Assembly (NCBI GenBank): GCA_965203325.1
Contig: OZ241875.1
Coordinates: forward strand, 576,001-640,000
Length of the DNA stretch: 64,000 nt
Reading direction: 5' to 3'
Source of the DNA: a bacterium
GTDB taxonomy: Bacteria > UBA8248
Shown here: positions 10,777 to 20,042 of the stretch, one piece after another
Layout of the letters: every line of letters starts with the position of its first letter
How positions within the stretch are numbered: position 1 is the stretch's first letter
Notes under the pieces: generated by a model
Told to the model about the DNA's origin: nothing
Databases searched by the model: none
What the model saw: only the letters and a program-made list of their open reading frames with translations
Program-made: the position numbers and the translations under genes

Positions 10777-12275
10777 ACGAAACGCTCGATATGCGCGAGA
10801 TGATCGAGGAGATGGGGGAAGAACTCACCCCCGGCCAGCGCGTTTGGCGGCACCTGCAGAAAAACCGCATGGCGATGGCGGGCGGCGTCGTGCTGGTGTT
10901 CTTCTTCGCCCTGGCGGCGATTGGCTTCGTCAATTCCGCCCTCATGAGCGATCCGATGTTCGACGCGAACGTCGTGCGCCTGCCGGACAAGCTGATGGCC
11001 CCCTTCTCCGCCCCGAACGAGAGCCAGGTGCCCAGGGAAAACCTCCCGCGCCTGGGGATATACGTGTTCGGCACCGACGATCTGGGCCGCGACGTGTTCG
11101 CCAGGATGCTGGAGGGCACCTTCATCTCGATGTCGGTGGGCTTCGTGGCCATCGGCATCGCCACCCTGCTGGGCGTCGCGATAGGCGGAATCGCAGGCTT
11201 CTACGGGGAGATCAAGCCGAGCGGCGCGCCCCTGTTCGGCTTCATCGGGGCGGGCCTCACCGGCTACGCCGTCTGGAACGAGCTGGGATTCCTGGCGCTC
11301 CTGTTCGCCATGGCGGGCGCAGGTCTGGGACTATCGGTGCGCCGCGACGGCCGCTCCCTGTTCTTAGAAGGCATGGCCTTCGGCGCGCTGCTGGGTCTCG
11401 CGCTCGGGCCGTTCGAGCCGTTCGGGTTCAGCGGCTTCACCTCCGACTCAGGCCTCAGCGTGCGCACGCCCTACTGGCGCGAGGGATTCCTGGGCGCGGC
11501 CTGCCTCGTAACGCTCGCCGCCTTCGGCGGGGCGCAGGGGCGGAACGCCGAGGAAAGCGCGGCGGACGGCTTCTCCCTGAGCGCCGTTTTCGGCGGAGGC
11601 CTCACCTATTTCCTCTTGTTCCTCGCAGGCCTGTATATCGCCTACCCGGGCCATGCGCCGCACGCCTGGACGAGCATCGCGGGGGCGGCGGTTTTCATTT
11701 ATCTCTACCAGCGATTCGACGTCACCGAGCGTCTCGGGCAATTCCGCCTGCCCAAGGTGGACGTCATCTACACCACGATCGTGGACGTGCAACTCTCGTT
11801 CCCCTCGTTTTTCGTGCTGCTAACCATCCTCGCTCTCGTGACGCCCAACATCTGGATCATCATGGTGGTCATCGGCGTCCTCGGCTGGGTCGGGCCGGCG
11901 CGTTTCGTGCGCGCGGAGATCCTCTCGCTCAGGGAGCAGCCCTTCGTGGAGTCCGCGCGCGCCTCGGGCGGCTCGGACAGGCTCATCATCTTCCGCTACC
12001 TCATCCCCAATTCGCTGGCGCCCGTGCTGGTCTCGGCCACCATCGGCATCGCGGGCGCAATTCTCACCGAAGCGAGCCTGAGCTTTCTGGGATTCGGCGT
12101 GCCGCCGCCCCAGGCGAGTTGGGGGAACATCTTCTCCGACGGCAAGAAATACATCTTCGACGCCCCCTGGCTCACCTTCATCCCGGGCTCCGCGATACTC
12201 GTCGTCATGCTCGCCTTCAACCTCTTCGGCGAGGGCCTGCGCGACGCCATGAACCCGAGGGCGAACTCCAGATAG
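10773..12275 (+). CDS. Peptide ABC transporter permease (DppC/OppC-like) with a large hydrophobic insertion
   Basis: FGTDDLGRDVFAR, FVESARASG, EASLSFLGFG, NLFGEGLRDAMNPR; GTG at 10773 overlaps the upstream TGA. Confidence 0.9.
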   Translation: MNETLDMREMIEEMGEELTPGQRVWRHLQKNRMAMAGGVVLVFFFALAAIGFVNSALMSDPMFDANVVRLPDKLMAPFSAPNESQVPRENLPRLGIYVFGTDDLGRDVFARMLEGTFISMSVGFVAIGIATLLGVAIGGIAGFYGEIKPSGAPLFGFIGAGLTGYAVWNELGFLALLFAMAGAGLGLSVRRDGRSLFLEGMAFGALLGLALGPFEPFGFSGFTSDSGLSVRTPYWREGFLGAACLVTLAAFGGAQGRNAEESAADGFSLSAVFGGGLTYFLLFLAGLYIAYPGHAPHAWTSIAGAAVFIYLYQRFDVTERLGQFRLPKVDVIYTTIVDVQLSFPSFFVLLTILALVTPNIWIIMVVIGVLGWVGPARFVRAEILSLREQPFVESARASGGSDRLIIFRYLIPNSLAPVLVSATIGIAGAILTEASLSFLGFGVPPPQASWGNIFSDGKKYIFDAPWLTFIPGSAILVVMLAFNLFGEGLRDAMNPRANSR

Positions 12276-12307
12276 TGTCTTGCGGCGGGAAAGCGGATCG
12301 GGAGGCG

Positions 12308-12337
12308 TTGACAGCGCAGCATACGCGACGCTATATA
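12308..12337 (+). promoter_or_regulatory. Putative sigma70 promoter of the tRNA
   Basis: Perfect TTGACA followed after 17-18 bp by (C)TATATA, about 50 bp upstream of the tRNA. Confidence 0.55.
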
Positions 12338-12384
12338 GCCTCTTGGCCTGAGCGTTGCCCCGGATGAAAATTCTCAGGCTTCAT

Positions 12385-12471
12385 GCCCAAGTGGTGGAAT
12401 TGGTAGACACGCTAGCTTGAGGGGCTAGTGGGGGCAACCCCGTGTCGGTTCGAGTCCGGCCTTGGGCACCA
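12385..12471 (+). tRNA. tRNA-Leu (anticodon GAG)
   Basis: Acceptor stem GCCCAAG/CTTGGGC, D-loop GGAATTGGTAGAC, anticodon arm CTAGC-TTGAGGG-GCTAG, long variable arm, TTCGAGT T-loop, encoded CCA. Confidence 0.97.
12455..12471 (+). repeat. attL core TCCGGCCTTGGGCACCA (tRNA 3' end)
   Basis: Exact 17-bp match to 47908-47924. Confidence 0.92.
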
Positions 12472-12515
12472 ATATACCTTTTCTCACATTTCCGTGAATA
12501 GCCTCACATGCATCA

Positions 12516-12540
12516 AAATCCCTTGAAATACAGGGGATTT
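12516..12540 (+). terminator. Hairpin downstream of tRNA/attL
   Basis: AAATCCCTTG-AAATA-CAGGGGATTT stem-loop; a related hairpin follows attR at 47968-47992. Confidence 0.45.
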
Positions 12541-12630
12541 ATGCTTTCCGATGTGTTTGACACTTTCCTCTCTTTGTCCTACATTCCCCGTAATTGTGTT
12601 GTATAAATTGTTGGATAAGTGGAGAAGGGC

Positions 12631-13818
12631 ATGGGAAAACTCACGAACGCGAAGGTGAAATCACTCTCAAAATCCGGACTGCACACCGACGGGCAGACGC
12701 TTTATTTGCGCGTTGCGCCCGGTGGCTCAAAGGCCTGGGTGCAGCGAGTAATGATCAACGGCAAGCGTCACGATATAGGTTTGGGGGGCTGGCCGGTCGT
12801 TTCTCTCGAAAAAGCCAGACGGCGTGCATTCGAGAATCGCGTCGCAATAGCGGACGGGAGAGACCCTCTGGCGGAGAAGCGCCGAACCAAGGTGCCGACA
12901 TTTCACGAAGCGGCTCAAAAGACATACGAGACGCTCTCCCCTCGTTGGCGCAACGAGAAGGTGAAAAAGAATTGGTGGCAGATTTTAGAACGCCATGCGC
13001 TCAAGCGTATTGGCGATCTGCGCGTGGATGCGCTCGGGCGTGAGGACGTGCTCGCCGTGCTCACGCCCTTGTGGACAAGCAAGCCGGAAATGGGCCGCAA
13101 GCTCAGGAGAGGCATCAAGGCGATACTTTCATGGGCGCAGTCACATGGATACGTGGAAACGAACATGGCGGGCGATGTGCTTGATGGCGCATTGCCGTCC
13201 TTGCCAGCCGTCAAACAAAATTTCAGAGCACTGGATTTTCAAGAAGTGCCCGAGGCAGTTGAAACCATCAGGAACTCTCGGGCATCGCTGGCTGCCAAGG
13301 CGTGTCTCGAATTTGCAATTCTCACCGCGTGTAGAAGTGGCGAAGCGCGCAATGCGGAGTGGTCTGAAATCAACATCGTATCCCGGGAGTGGCGCATACC
13401 TGCCAGCCGAATGAAAAGCAGACGCGAGCACCGCCAACCGCTATCGGATGAGGCACTCATGGTGCTTGAGCAGGTGAATCCGCTTTCCAGTGGCGAGGGT
13501 CTGATTTTCCCCTCACCCGTGCGGAAGGGCAAACCGCTCAGCGATATGTCTCTCACCAAGGTGCTGCGCGACACAGGCCTTGCGCAGAAATGCGTCGTGC
13601 ATGGTTTCAGATCATCGTTCAGGACATGGGCGAGCGAGAACACAAACGCGGATCATGCCGTCATGGAATTGTGCCTCGCTCATGCTGTCGGCTCATCCGT
13701 CGAGCGAGCCTATGCACGTTCAGACCTTTATGCTAAGCGCGTGCGGCTAATGGAGTCGTGGGGTCGTTTCGTTTCTGGTGGCAAACGTGGAAAGGTGGTG
13801 AATTTTCGTCATGGATAA
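12631..13818 (+). CDS. P4-like tyrosine integrase with N-terminal arm-binding domain
   Basis: DGQTLYLRV...GLGGWP arm domain; catalytic R (TACRSGE), K (RMK), HGFR, LAH and Y (RAYARSD). Confidence 0.95.
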   Translation: MGKLTNAKVKSLSKSGLHTDGQTLYLRVAPGGSKAWVQRVMINGKRHDIGLGGWPVVSLEKARRRAFENRVAIADGRDPLAEKRRTKVPTFHEAAQKTYETLSPRWRNEKVKKNWWQILERHALKRIGDLRVDALGREDVLAVLTPLWTSKPEMGRKLRRGIKAILSWAQSHGYVETNMAGDVLDGALPSLPAVKQNFRALDFQEVPEAVETIRNSRASLAAKACLEFAILTACRSGEARNAEWSEINIVSREWRIPASRMKSRREHRQPLSDEALMVLEQVNPLSSGEGLIFPSPVRKGKPLSDMSLTKVLRDTGLAQKCVVHGFRSSFRTWASENTNADHAVMELCLAHAVGSSVERAYARSDLYAKRVRLMESWGRFVSGGKRGKVVNFRHG

Positions 13819-14443
13819 GTCCACGTTTAACAAACTTGTGAGAGAAACCAGACTCAGAATGCGCATCATTTCGAAGAGTTTCGAAAATTCATACGGGTCG
13901 AATCCTGCGGAAATGATTGCCAAGACCTACTCAAGCGCAGAAGGAGAAGAGTTTCTAAGCAGTTTAATCGAACGCTCAGACATAAAGAGAGCAGCGTGGG
14001 ATACGACGAACTTGATCGCGCAAAAGTTGCTCCGAAAAGGGGAACAAACTCCACCTGAGTTAGCGGAATGGGTAGCCGACCTGCTAGCTGGCAAACGATC
14101 AATACCTAGTGGGCCAAACCCTGGCACGCACTTCGTGCGAAACATAACAATCTATATAGCCATTCGCTGGTTGGAAACCAAGAAAAACATTCCGCCGACA
14201 CGGAATGACGAAAAGAAGAGTATTCCTGATAAGGCTATAAATCGGTGCTGTTATCAGGGCGGGTCAGGGTGCGACATTGTTGGCATGGCAGTATTTGAAG
14301 AATGTGGCGACGATCTTACCTATGGAAGAACCAAAGACCTTTTTCTAAATGTCAGAAAAATGTTCTCACAGCATGAAGTCTGGAGCAGGATTGAGCGTCA
14401 ATTATTTATCCTTATGGATATTTTCAATTCTGTGGACAATTAA
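13811..14443 (+). CDS. Hypothetical protein between integrase and AlpA
   Basis: 210-aa ORF overlapping the integrase stop; no recognised motif. Confidence 0.6.
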   Translation: MDKSTFNKLVRETRLRMRIISKSFENSYGSNPAEMIAKTYSSAEGEEFLSSLIERSDIKRAAWDTTNLIAQKLLRKGEQTPPELAEWVADLLAGKRSIPSGPNPGTHFVRNITIYIAIRWLETKKNIPPTRNDEKKSIPDKAINRCCYQGGSGCDIVGMAVFEECGDDLTYGRTKDLFLNVRKMFSQHEVWSRIERQLFILMDIFNSVDN

Positions 14444-14532
14444 TTCCCCATAATATTTTATCCACGAATCAATTTCACGACATCGCTACACTTGCGGGCA
14501 AGTGAGTTCACATACGCCTAAAGGAGGATGCG

Positions 14533-14757
14533 ATGCAAAAAGTCGGGAGGCTACTAACAAGACAGGAAGTCGAGAAGCGCCTAAGAATTTCAACAACCGC
14601 GCTTTATCGGTCGATGCGCAAGGGCTTGCTACCGGTACCGATTCGAATCGGTGGAAAGGCGGTTCGTTGGTCTGAGGAAGAGATTGAGGCCTATCTCACC
14701 GATCCCAAGAACCGCGCCACTGGCGATGCAGGTGTCGGCACACGAGACTCATCATGA
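14533..14757 (+). CDS. AlpA-family HTH regulator / excisionase
   Basis: LLTRQEV...TALYR...PVPIRIGGKAVRW pattern; strong AAGGAGG RBS. Confidence 0.9.
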   Translation: MQKVGRLLTRQEVEKRLRISTTALYRSMRKGLLPVPIRIGGKAVRWSEEEIEAYLTDPKNRATGDAGVGTRDSS

Positions 14758-16493
14758 TGGCAAAGCTTTCAGCCTCAGATATTGCCCGGAGTCTTCAGTG
14801 TTCAAGTCGAAATGGAAAAGGCTGGAAGGCGTGTTGCCCTGCTCATGACGACCACAACCCGAGCTTGTCGATTACAGAGCGAGACGGCAAGATTCTCGTG
14901 CATTGCCATGCCGGGTGTTCTCAAGAATCCGTCATTTCAGCATTGAAAAAGCTCGGCCTGTGGAACGGCATTTCTCGTTTCTCGCTCCCCACACATATAG
15001 GAGAAAACGAAAAAACGAGAAATGGGACACCAGTACGCGAGACAATTTATCGGTATAAGTATGCTGATGGACAACATGCCTTCGACGTTGTTCGACGCGA
15101 CTTCCTGCATGGCAAGAAGTCGATTCGCCCGCGACTGCCTGGAGGCGAACTGAAAGCACATTCTGTACCGCAACCAATCTATCGCCTGCCAGAAATTTTG
15201 AATACCAACCTTGATAAGACCATCTTGATTTTTGAAGGGGAAAAATGTTGCGAGGCATGGCTCCACGCTATCGGTGGATATGAAGAGCTGGCCACCACTT
15301 GGGCAGGTGGCTCAAGTGCATGGCGGAAAACCGACTGGTCATGGGTGAAGGGGCGCTGGCTGCATCTGGTTGCGGATGCCGATGAACCAGGCCGTAAGGC
15401 AATGCATGCTCTTTCAACATACCTGCTAGCAGAACACGCACCCGCCTCCATCATCCTTTCGTGTCCTCCAGGAAATGGCGGTGAAGACATTGCCGATATC
15501 ATTGAATTAGATGGTCTCGAAGGAGCGCGCTGCTACCTCAACAATGAAGATTATCGGGAAACCATCCTACCTCCGAAAAAGACCGGTGGTCTCGGCCTTG
15601 TTTCGCTTGGGAAATTACTCGATATGCCGGATGAGCAAACCTCCTGGCTAGTAGAGAATATGCTTCCTACCGGTGGATTCTCTATGATGACGGCCAAGCC
15701 AAAAGTGGGGAAAAGCACACTCGCTCGTTGTTTGGCCCTCTCTGTTGCGCAAGGGAGACCATGGCTCGATCGGGAGGTGGCTCAAGGCCCAGTTGTTTAC
15801 TTAGCTCTTGAGGAAAAGAGCACGGAAGTCGTTCACCATTTTCGGGCTATGGGCATGAAAGAATCCGACCCTATTTTTGCATTAATCAACCGTGCGCCTC
15901 TTGGCGCAGACCAAAGATTAGTAGATGAGGTCCAAGAAAAAAAGCCATCATTGGTCATCATTGATCCGCTTTTTCGATTCGTGCGAATCGGCGATGGAAA
16001 TGATTATGTTCAAACCACGCGTGCGCTGGAGCCACTTTTAGGTCTGGCACGTGACACAGGAACACATATCCTTGCCACTCACCATACCCGAAAAGGTGCG
16101 GGAGTTGGCGGTGAAGAACTTTTAGGCTCGACGGCTCTTTTCGGTGCGGTGGACACCCTAGTTTCATTGAATCGAAAAGAAAAATATCGGACGATCCGTA
16201 CCATCCAGCGTTATGGGCAAGATGTACTGGAGACGATTATCGAGCTTGATGAGACAGGTTGGGTTCATGCCAAAGAAACACGGACCGAAGCGGATCAACA
16301 ACGTGTAAGTGAGGTGATCATACATTTCCTCAGGAATCGGAGTGAGGCCATGGAAGATGAAATAGTAAAGGGTGTCGTGGGAGCGACTAAATTAGTGAGG
16401 AAGACGCTAAGAGCACTTTTGGACGATGGGCGGGTGAGCAGAATCGGTGAGGGCAAGAAAGGAAATCCTTACAAATATTTTATTCCTGAATGA
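14754..16493 (+). CDS. Primase-helicase (Zn-finger + Toprim + RepA/AAA_25 helicase)
   Basis: CCPAHDDHNPSL...HCHAGC Zn finger, FEGEK and DADEPG Toprim motifs, Walker A AKPKVGKS, Walker B VIIDP, HHTRK. Confidence 0.88.
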   Translation: MMAKLSASDIARSLQCSSRNGKGWKACCPAHDDHNPSLSITERDGKILVHCHAGCSQESVISALKKLGLWNGISRFSLPTHIGENEKTRNGTPVRETIYRYKYADGQHAFDVVRRDFLHGKKSIRPRLPGGELKAHSVPQPIYRLPEILNTNLDKTILIFEGEKCCEAWLHAIGGYEELATTWAGGSSAWRKTDWSWVKGRWLHLVADADEPGRKAMHALSTYLLAEHAPASIILSCPPGNGGEDIADIIELDGLEGARCYLNNEDYRETILPPKKTGGLGLVSLGKLLDMPDEQTSWLVENMLPTGGFSMMTAKPKVGKSTLARCLALSVAQGRPWLDREVAQGPVVYLALEEKSTEVVHHFRAMGMKESDPIFALINRAPLGADQRLVDEVQEKKPSLVIIDPLFRFVRIGDGNDYVQTTRALEPLLGLARDTGTHILATHHTRKGAGVGGEELLGSTALFGAVDTLVSLNRKEKYRTIRTIQRYGQDVLETIIELDETGWVHAKETRTEADQQRVSEVIIHFLRNRSEAMEDEIVKGVVGATKLVRKTLRALLDDGRVSRIGEGKKGNPYKYFIPE

Positions 16494-16560
16494 TAAATTA
16501 ATTCTCGTTTCTCGTTTTTCCCCTAAGACGATGGAACGGAAAACGAGAAATTCAGGAAAA
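16483..16560. repeat. Inverted/direct TTTCTCG repeats, candidate replication origin of the integrase module
   Basis: TTCCTGAA...TTCTCGTTTCTCGTTTT...AAAACGAGAAATTCAGGAA just after the primase stop; same motif at 14970-15023. Confidence 0.5.
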
Positions 16561-16805
16561 GGGAAATTGATTCTTTGCAAAATCGTACTGAACAGGCTAT
16601 GCGCGGTGTTGGTCGTTTCAGCACAACATCTTCTAAAGCACAAACCAAGCAGAAGTAGGCCGTCTCTCCGTTCAGATATCTATGAATTTGGAGTTAATCG
16701 CGTTGCGACAATGTAATGTGACAATGCCCACTCGTCCGTATGGGGACAGCCTAGGTATAGTCTAGAACTTATTTGAAGGTCGCTGGGATCGTAAAGTAAG
16801 GCATA

Positions 16806-17045
16806 TCAAGATATAAAAGACCCTTGAAATCTAATAGGGTATGGTCGCATGTTTCCAGGTGCTTCGGGTGTATATTCCGAAGCGCCGAAGGCCTTGAGGA
16901 CGGCGGCGGTTGCCTCGGCCTCGTCCCATACGGGGCGGTTGTCGAACTCGTCCGGTCCCGAGGTGGCGCCGAACAGCTGGGCCTGCTCGCAGACCATGGC
17001 GGTGAAGGATTCGTTCCGTGCTTCGTGTTCGCTGTGCTCGTGCAT
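16806..17045 (-). pseudogene. 5' fragment of a conjugative-element gene (resembles the N-terminus of DUF2493-type proteins)
   Basis: AAGGAG RBS + ATG; 'QLFGATSGPDEFDNRPVWD' recalls that family; composition shifts abruptly near 16880. Confidence 0.35.
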
Positions 17046-17425
17046 GATTCTCTCCTTGTGGAAGTCGTTCGCCCGAAGCCTGTCTCCGAACGTGATGCCC
17101 ATCCGTTCCACGCGCGCACAGGGAAGCCACCATGGCCGCAAGGCCTGTCGCGGGGAGTGCGCGGGTGGTGCGGGCGCACAAGCGAGCCTGCGAGCGCGGA
17201 GCCTCGGCCGCGCGCTTCCTGCGACGGCGCTCCCGCCTTGCGAGTCATGGCCGGAACGCAGTGGAGGACCCCGCAGGGGTTGGCGCAGCGAGCACGTGTG
17301 GCACGATGAGACATCACGCAGGAAGAGCTAATGTCACTGATAAGAGCAGACGAGCCTCTCTCGCGTCCTGACCGGGCACCCACCTCTCTCATCGAACCAA
17401 GGAAGGCTTCCTCCGGGTCGGGAGC

Positions 17426-17461
17426 AAAAAGAATGGGCCGACGCGCGAGGCGCCGGCCCAT
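17426..17461 (-). terminator. Rho-independent terminator after the ssb fragment
   Basis: Minus strand ATGGGCCGGCGC-CTCGC-GCGTCGGCCCAT stem followed by TCTTTTT. Confidence 0.65.
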
Positions 17462-17468
17462 GAAGCAC

Positions 17469-17699
17469 TCAGAACGGAACGTCTTCGCCCAATACGCCGG
17501 CGGGCACCGCCGTCGTCTCGGGGTGCGCGCCGTTGCCGTTCCCGTTCACCTTGTCCAGGAACTGAATGCGCCCGCCAGGCGCGATGAGGATCTCGGTCGA
17601 GAAGCGATCGGAGTCCTCATCGTCCTTCTTCCAGCGGCGGGTCTGGAGCTTGCCCGCGACGTAGACCAAGCGGCCCTTCTTCGCGTGCTTCTCAAACAT
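17469..17699 (-). pseudogene. ssb: 5'-truncated single-stranded DNA-binding protein
   Basis: KKGRLVYVAGKLQTRRW OB-fold segment and acidic EDVPF tail; N-terminal half missing. Confidence 0.85.
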
Positions 17700-18349
17700 G
17701 CCTTCAGAAATTCAAGAAGATTATAACATGCTAAATTTATTTGTTTTATTCGATCAAGAAATTCATTGGAGAATGATTGTCAACACTATCGCAACACAAC
17801 GCCTCGATCACGAACACGGCATCGCATCCGTGCGCCCAGTAGAGCATGGCGATGATATTGCGATTCGGCGAAGGGTTCAAGCTCCGCAATCCGCCTGCTC
17901 ATAGAGATGATTATCCTGTTGATCGGGGCGGCAGCCGTCATTGCCACAGACGCCGCTCTCCACCTACCAATGAAACTCTCAGGCCATATAGACAGGTAAA
18001 TTTGGGCATCCATTCAGCGTCCGACTTCCTTGCACCCCGTCCGATGGGGCGAACTCTACCCGACGGTGGCCCCGGCTTGGCGGCGCGCCTGAGAACATAT
18101 GGCGCCGATGTTCGCCTTTCCGCCGGCTATCCGGAAGATGATAAATACGAACAACACCTTAGAGACCCTTCGCCGATGGGGTGGACGACCCCTCCCGGCA
18201 GTATCACACTGTGGTGAGGCGGACGCTGCTGGGCGGATGAAGCTCACCCCGGCAATTCAGCCAGGAACTCCGCCAGTGGCAGGATGTCCAAACCGTCCAG
18301 TAGCTGCCGCCTGGAAGGTCGGGGTGGTGTACCGGAGGCTGGTGGGGGC

Positions 18350-19075
18350 TTAGCGGCCGGTTTGCACTAGATCCGCGTAGACGCACTCCCGGCCGTCGGC
18401 GCCGTCGTCCGCATCGGTCGCCACGGGCCGCCGCACGATCCGGCCGGGCCGCGCAGGCAAGGGTGACGAGAACATCGGCCCATCCAGCACGCAGGTATGG
18501 AACTCGCCGTTCTCGCCGAGCGGGTCGACGTCCGGCGGCAGATCCGCCAGCAGCTCGCGGTCGAACCATCTGCCGGCGATATCCGCCGGGGCCAGATCGG
18601 GATTGACGGCGTTGACGACCGCACGCAGCCCCGAGGCGATCATAGTGCGGGCGAGGCGTGAGGTGTCCGAGCCCCAGACGGGGAAGACGGGCGTGAATCC
18701 GGTCCCGGTCACCCGGTCTTCGCGATAGGCGCGCACGTCCTCCAGGAAGAGGTCACCGAAGGCGAAATGGCGCGCGGTCCGCGCCTCGGGAAGCCGGCGC
18801 ACCCGTTCCAGGAAGCCGCGCATCGCGGCCTCGTAGGCGTCGTTCGAGCACGGGTAGGGGATCTCGATTTCATAGAGGGGCAGTCCCAGGCAGCGGGCCT
18901 GTTGCTTGAGTACCCAGCGCGGCGTCCCGTGCACGGACACGCGGTCGAATGCGGGGGTCACCGTGGTGAAGATCCCTCGGACGATCCAGGTCTCGGGTTG
19001 CTGCCGGAGCGCGTGGAGCGCCCATGCGGAGTCCTTTCCAGACGACCAGGAGACGAGGATAGGGGTGGGCGGCAT
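18350..19075 (-). CDS. PP-loop ATP pyrophosphatase (MJ0570/Dph6-related)
   Basis: SWSSGKDS PP-loop, FGDLFLEDVRAYRE, DPLGENGEFHT. Confidence 0.9.
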   Translation of the reverse strand: MPPTPILVSWSSGKDSAWALHALRQQPETWIVRGIFTTVTPAFDRVSVHGTPRWVLKQQARCLGLPLYEIEIPYPCSNDAYEAAMRGFLERVRRLPEARTARHFAFGDLFLEDVRAYREDRVTGTGFTPVFPVWGSDTSRLARTMIASGLRAVVNAVNPDLAPADIAGRWFDRELLADLPPDVDPLGENGEFHTCVLDGPMFSSPLPARPGRIVRRPVATDADDGADGRECVYADLVQTGR

Positions 19076-19118
19076 TTGAGATTGGGGCGTGTCCGGGTTG
19101 GGGGAGTAGCGTTGGCCG

Positions 19119-19394
19119 CTATCTCTTGTCCGTCAGCCGCCTCGCCAAGTACTTGTGGATGACGCTGGACAACAACGTCTGGTAAGGGATCCCCTCTTCT
19201 CGTGCCCGAGCGTGTGCCCGATTGAAGTCGCGTTCGGTGACCCGCAGGTTGACCCGTCGGGTCTTTTTGAAGGGGTTGCGCACCGCCTGAGGTGCGATCT
19301 CCATCTCGTCGTCAGCCCGAGAAGCGGGCTGCAATTCGTCGCGCTCGAACTTCTCCAGGATTTCCCGCTCTTCCCTGCTCAGCTGGTCGTTCAC
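19119..19394 (-). CDS. RHH/CopG (BrnA-like) antitoxin
   Basis: RVNLRV...AREEGIPYQTLLSSVIHKY; GTG start overlaps the toxin-remnant stop. Confidence 0.8.
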   Translation of the reverse strand: MNDQLSREEREILEKFERDELQPASRADDEMEIAPQAVRNPFKKTRRVNLRVTERDFNRAHARAREEGIPYQTLLSSVIHKYLARRLTDKR

Positions 19395-19561
19395 GATGAC
19401 TGCTTCCTTCGATAGTCTCGGGGCGCTTTTCGGCAGGGTATGATCGTCTTCAGGAATCGAGTCCCGTCCTCGTCGACAACGAACGGCACGACATAGAGGT
19501 ACTCTTCGAAGTTGACAACGTAGATCATTTGGCCCCGGTATCGCTCCTGTAAGGCATTCAT
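19391..19561 (-). pseudogene. 5'-truncated BrnT-like toxin
   Basis: Hand translation gives QERYRGQMIYVVNFEEYLYVVPFV...FLKTIIPCRKA, the C-terminal half of this toxin family; N-terminal part absent. Confidence 0.7.
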
Positions 19562-19757
19562 CCATTAGAGGTAGTCCTGTGTGGAGCAAACCGTTTCAGT
19601 CTGTATTCTAAATTTGTTCTGCGCAGGTGTTCGAAACCAATTAAATCGCGCCGTGGTACCCTGAGACGCTATCTTGTGAGACGGGACAATGAGCAAGTCG
19701 ACCAAGCTGCTGGCTACGCAGAGATGGGATGATATAGCAGACAAACACCCGGGCCGC

Positions 19758-20042
19758 TCAACCACCCGCCTGCAACAAGTCGACGCGCAACCGCTTGCCG
19801 GTCGCCTCGGCATAGCGGCGCAGTGTCTTGATCGACGGCGAGACGCCGCCGCTCTCCAGACGAGCAATGGCCGACTGGGTAGTTCCGAGACGCCGGGCGA
19901 TTTCCGCCTGTGTCAGTTTCGCTTCCGTGCGGGCGCGAACCAGCGCCTCGAACAACCTGAATTCTTCATCGACTCGCTCGTATTCTTCCCGGAACTCCGG
20001 GTCTTTCATGAAACGCTTCTTCAGATCCTCGAGTTTCGTCAT
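19758..20042 (-). CDS. XRE/HigA-type HTH antitoxin
   Basis: DPEFREEYE...LTQAEIARRLGTTQSAIARLESG HTH. Confidence 0.9.
   Translation of the reverse strand: MTKLEDLKKRFMKDPEFREEYERVDEEFRLFEALVRARTEAKLTQAEIARRLGTTQSAIARLESGGVSPSIKTLRRYAEATGKRLRVDLLQAGG

Noticed and set aside
16815..16900. CCCTTGAAAT and GGCCTTG near the end of the primase module as a possible internal attR
   Set aside because: Only 7-10 bp matches to the att region; not distinguishable from chance.
17846..18217. 123-aa ORF between the ssb fragment and the PP-loop gene
   Set aside because: No motif, RBS or convincing composition; probably decayed DNA.
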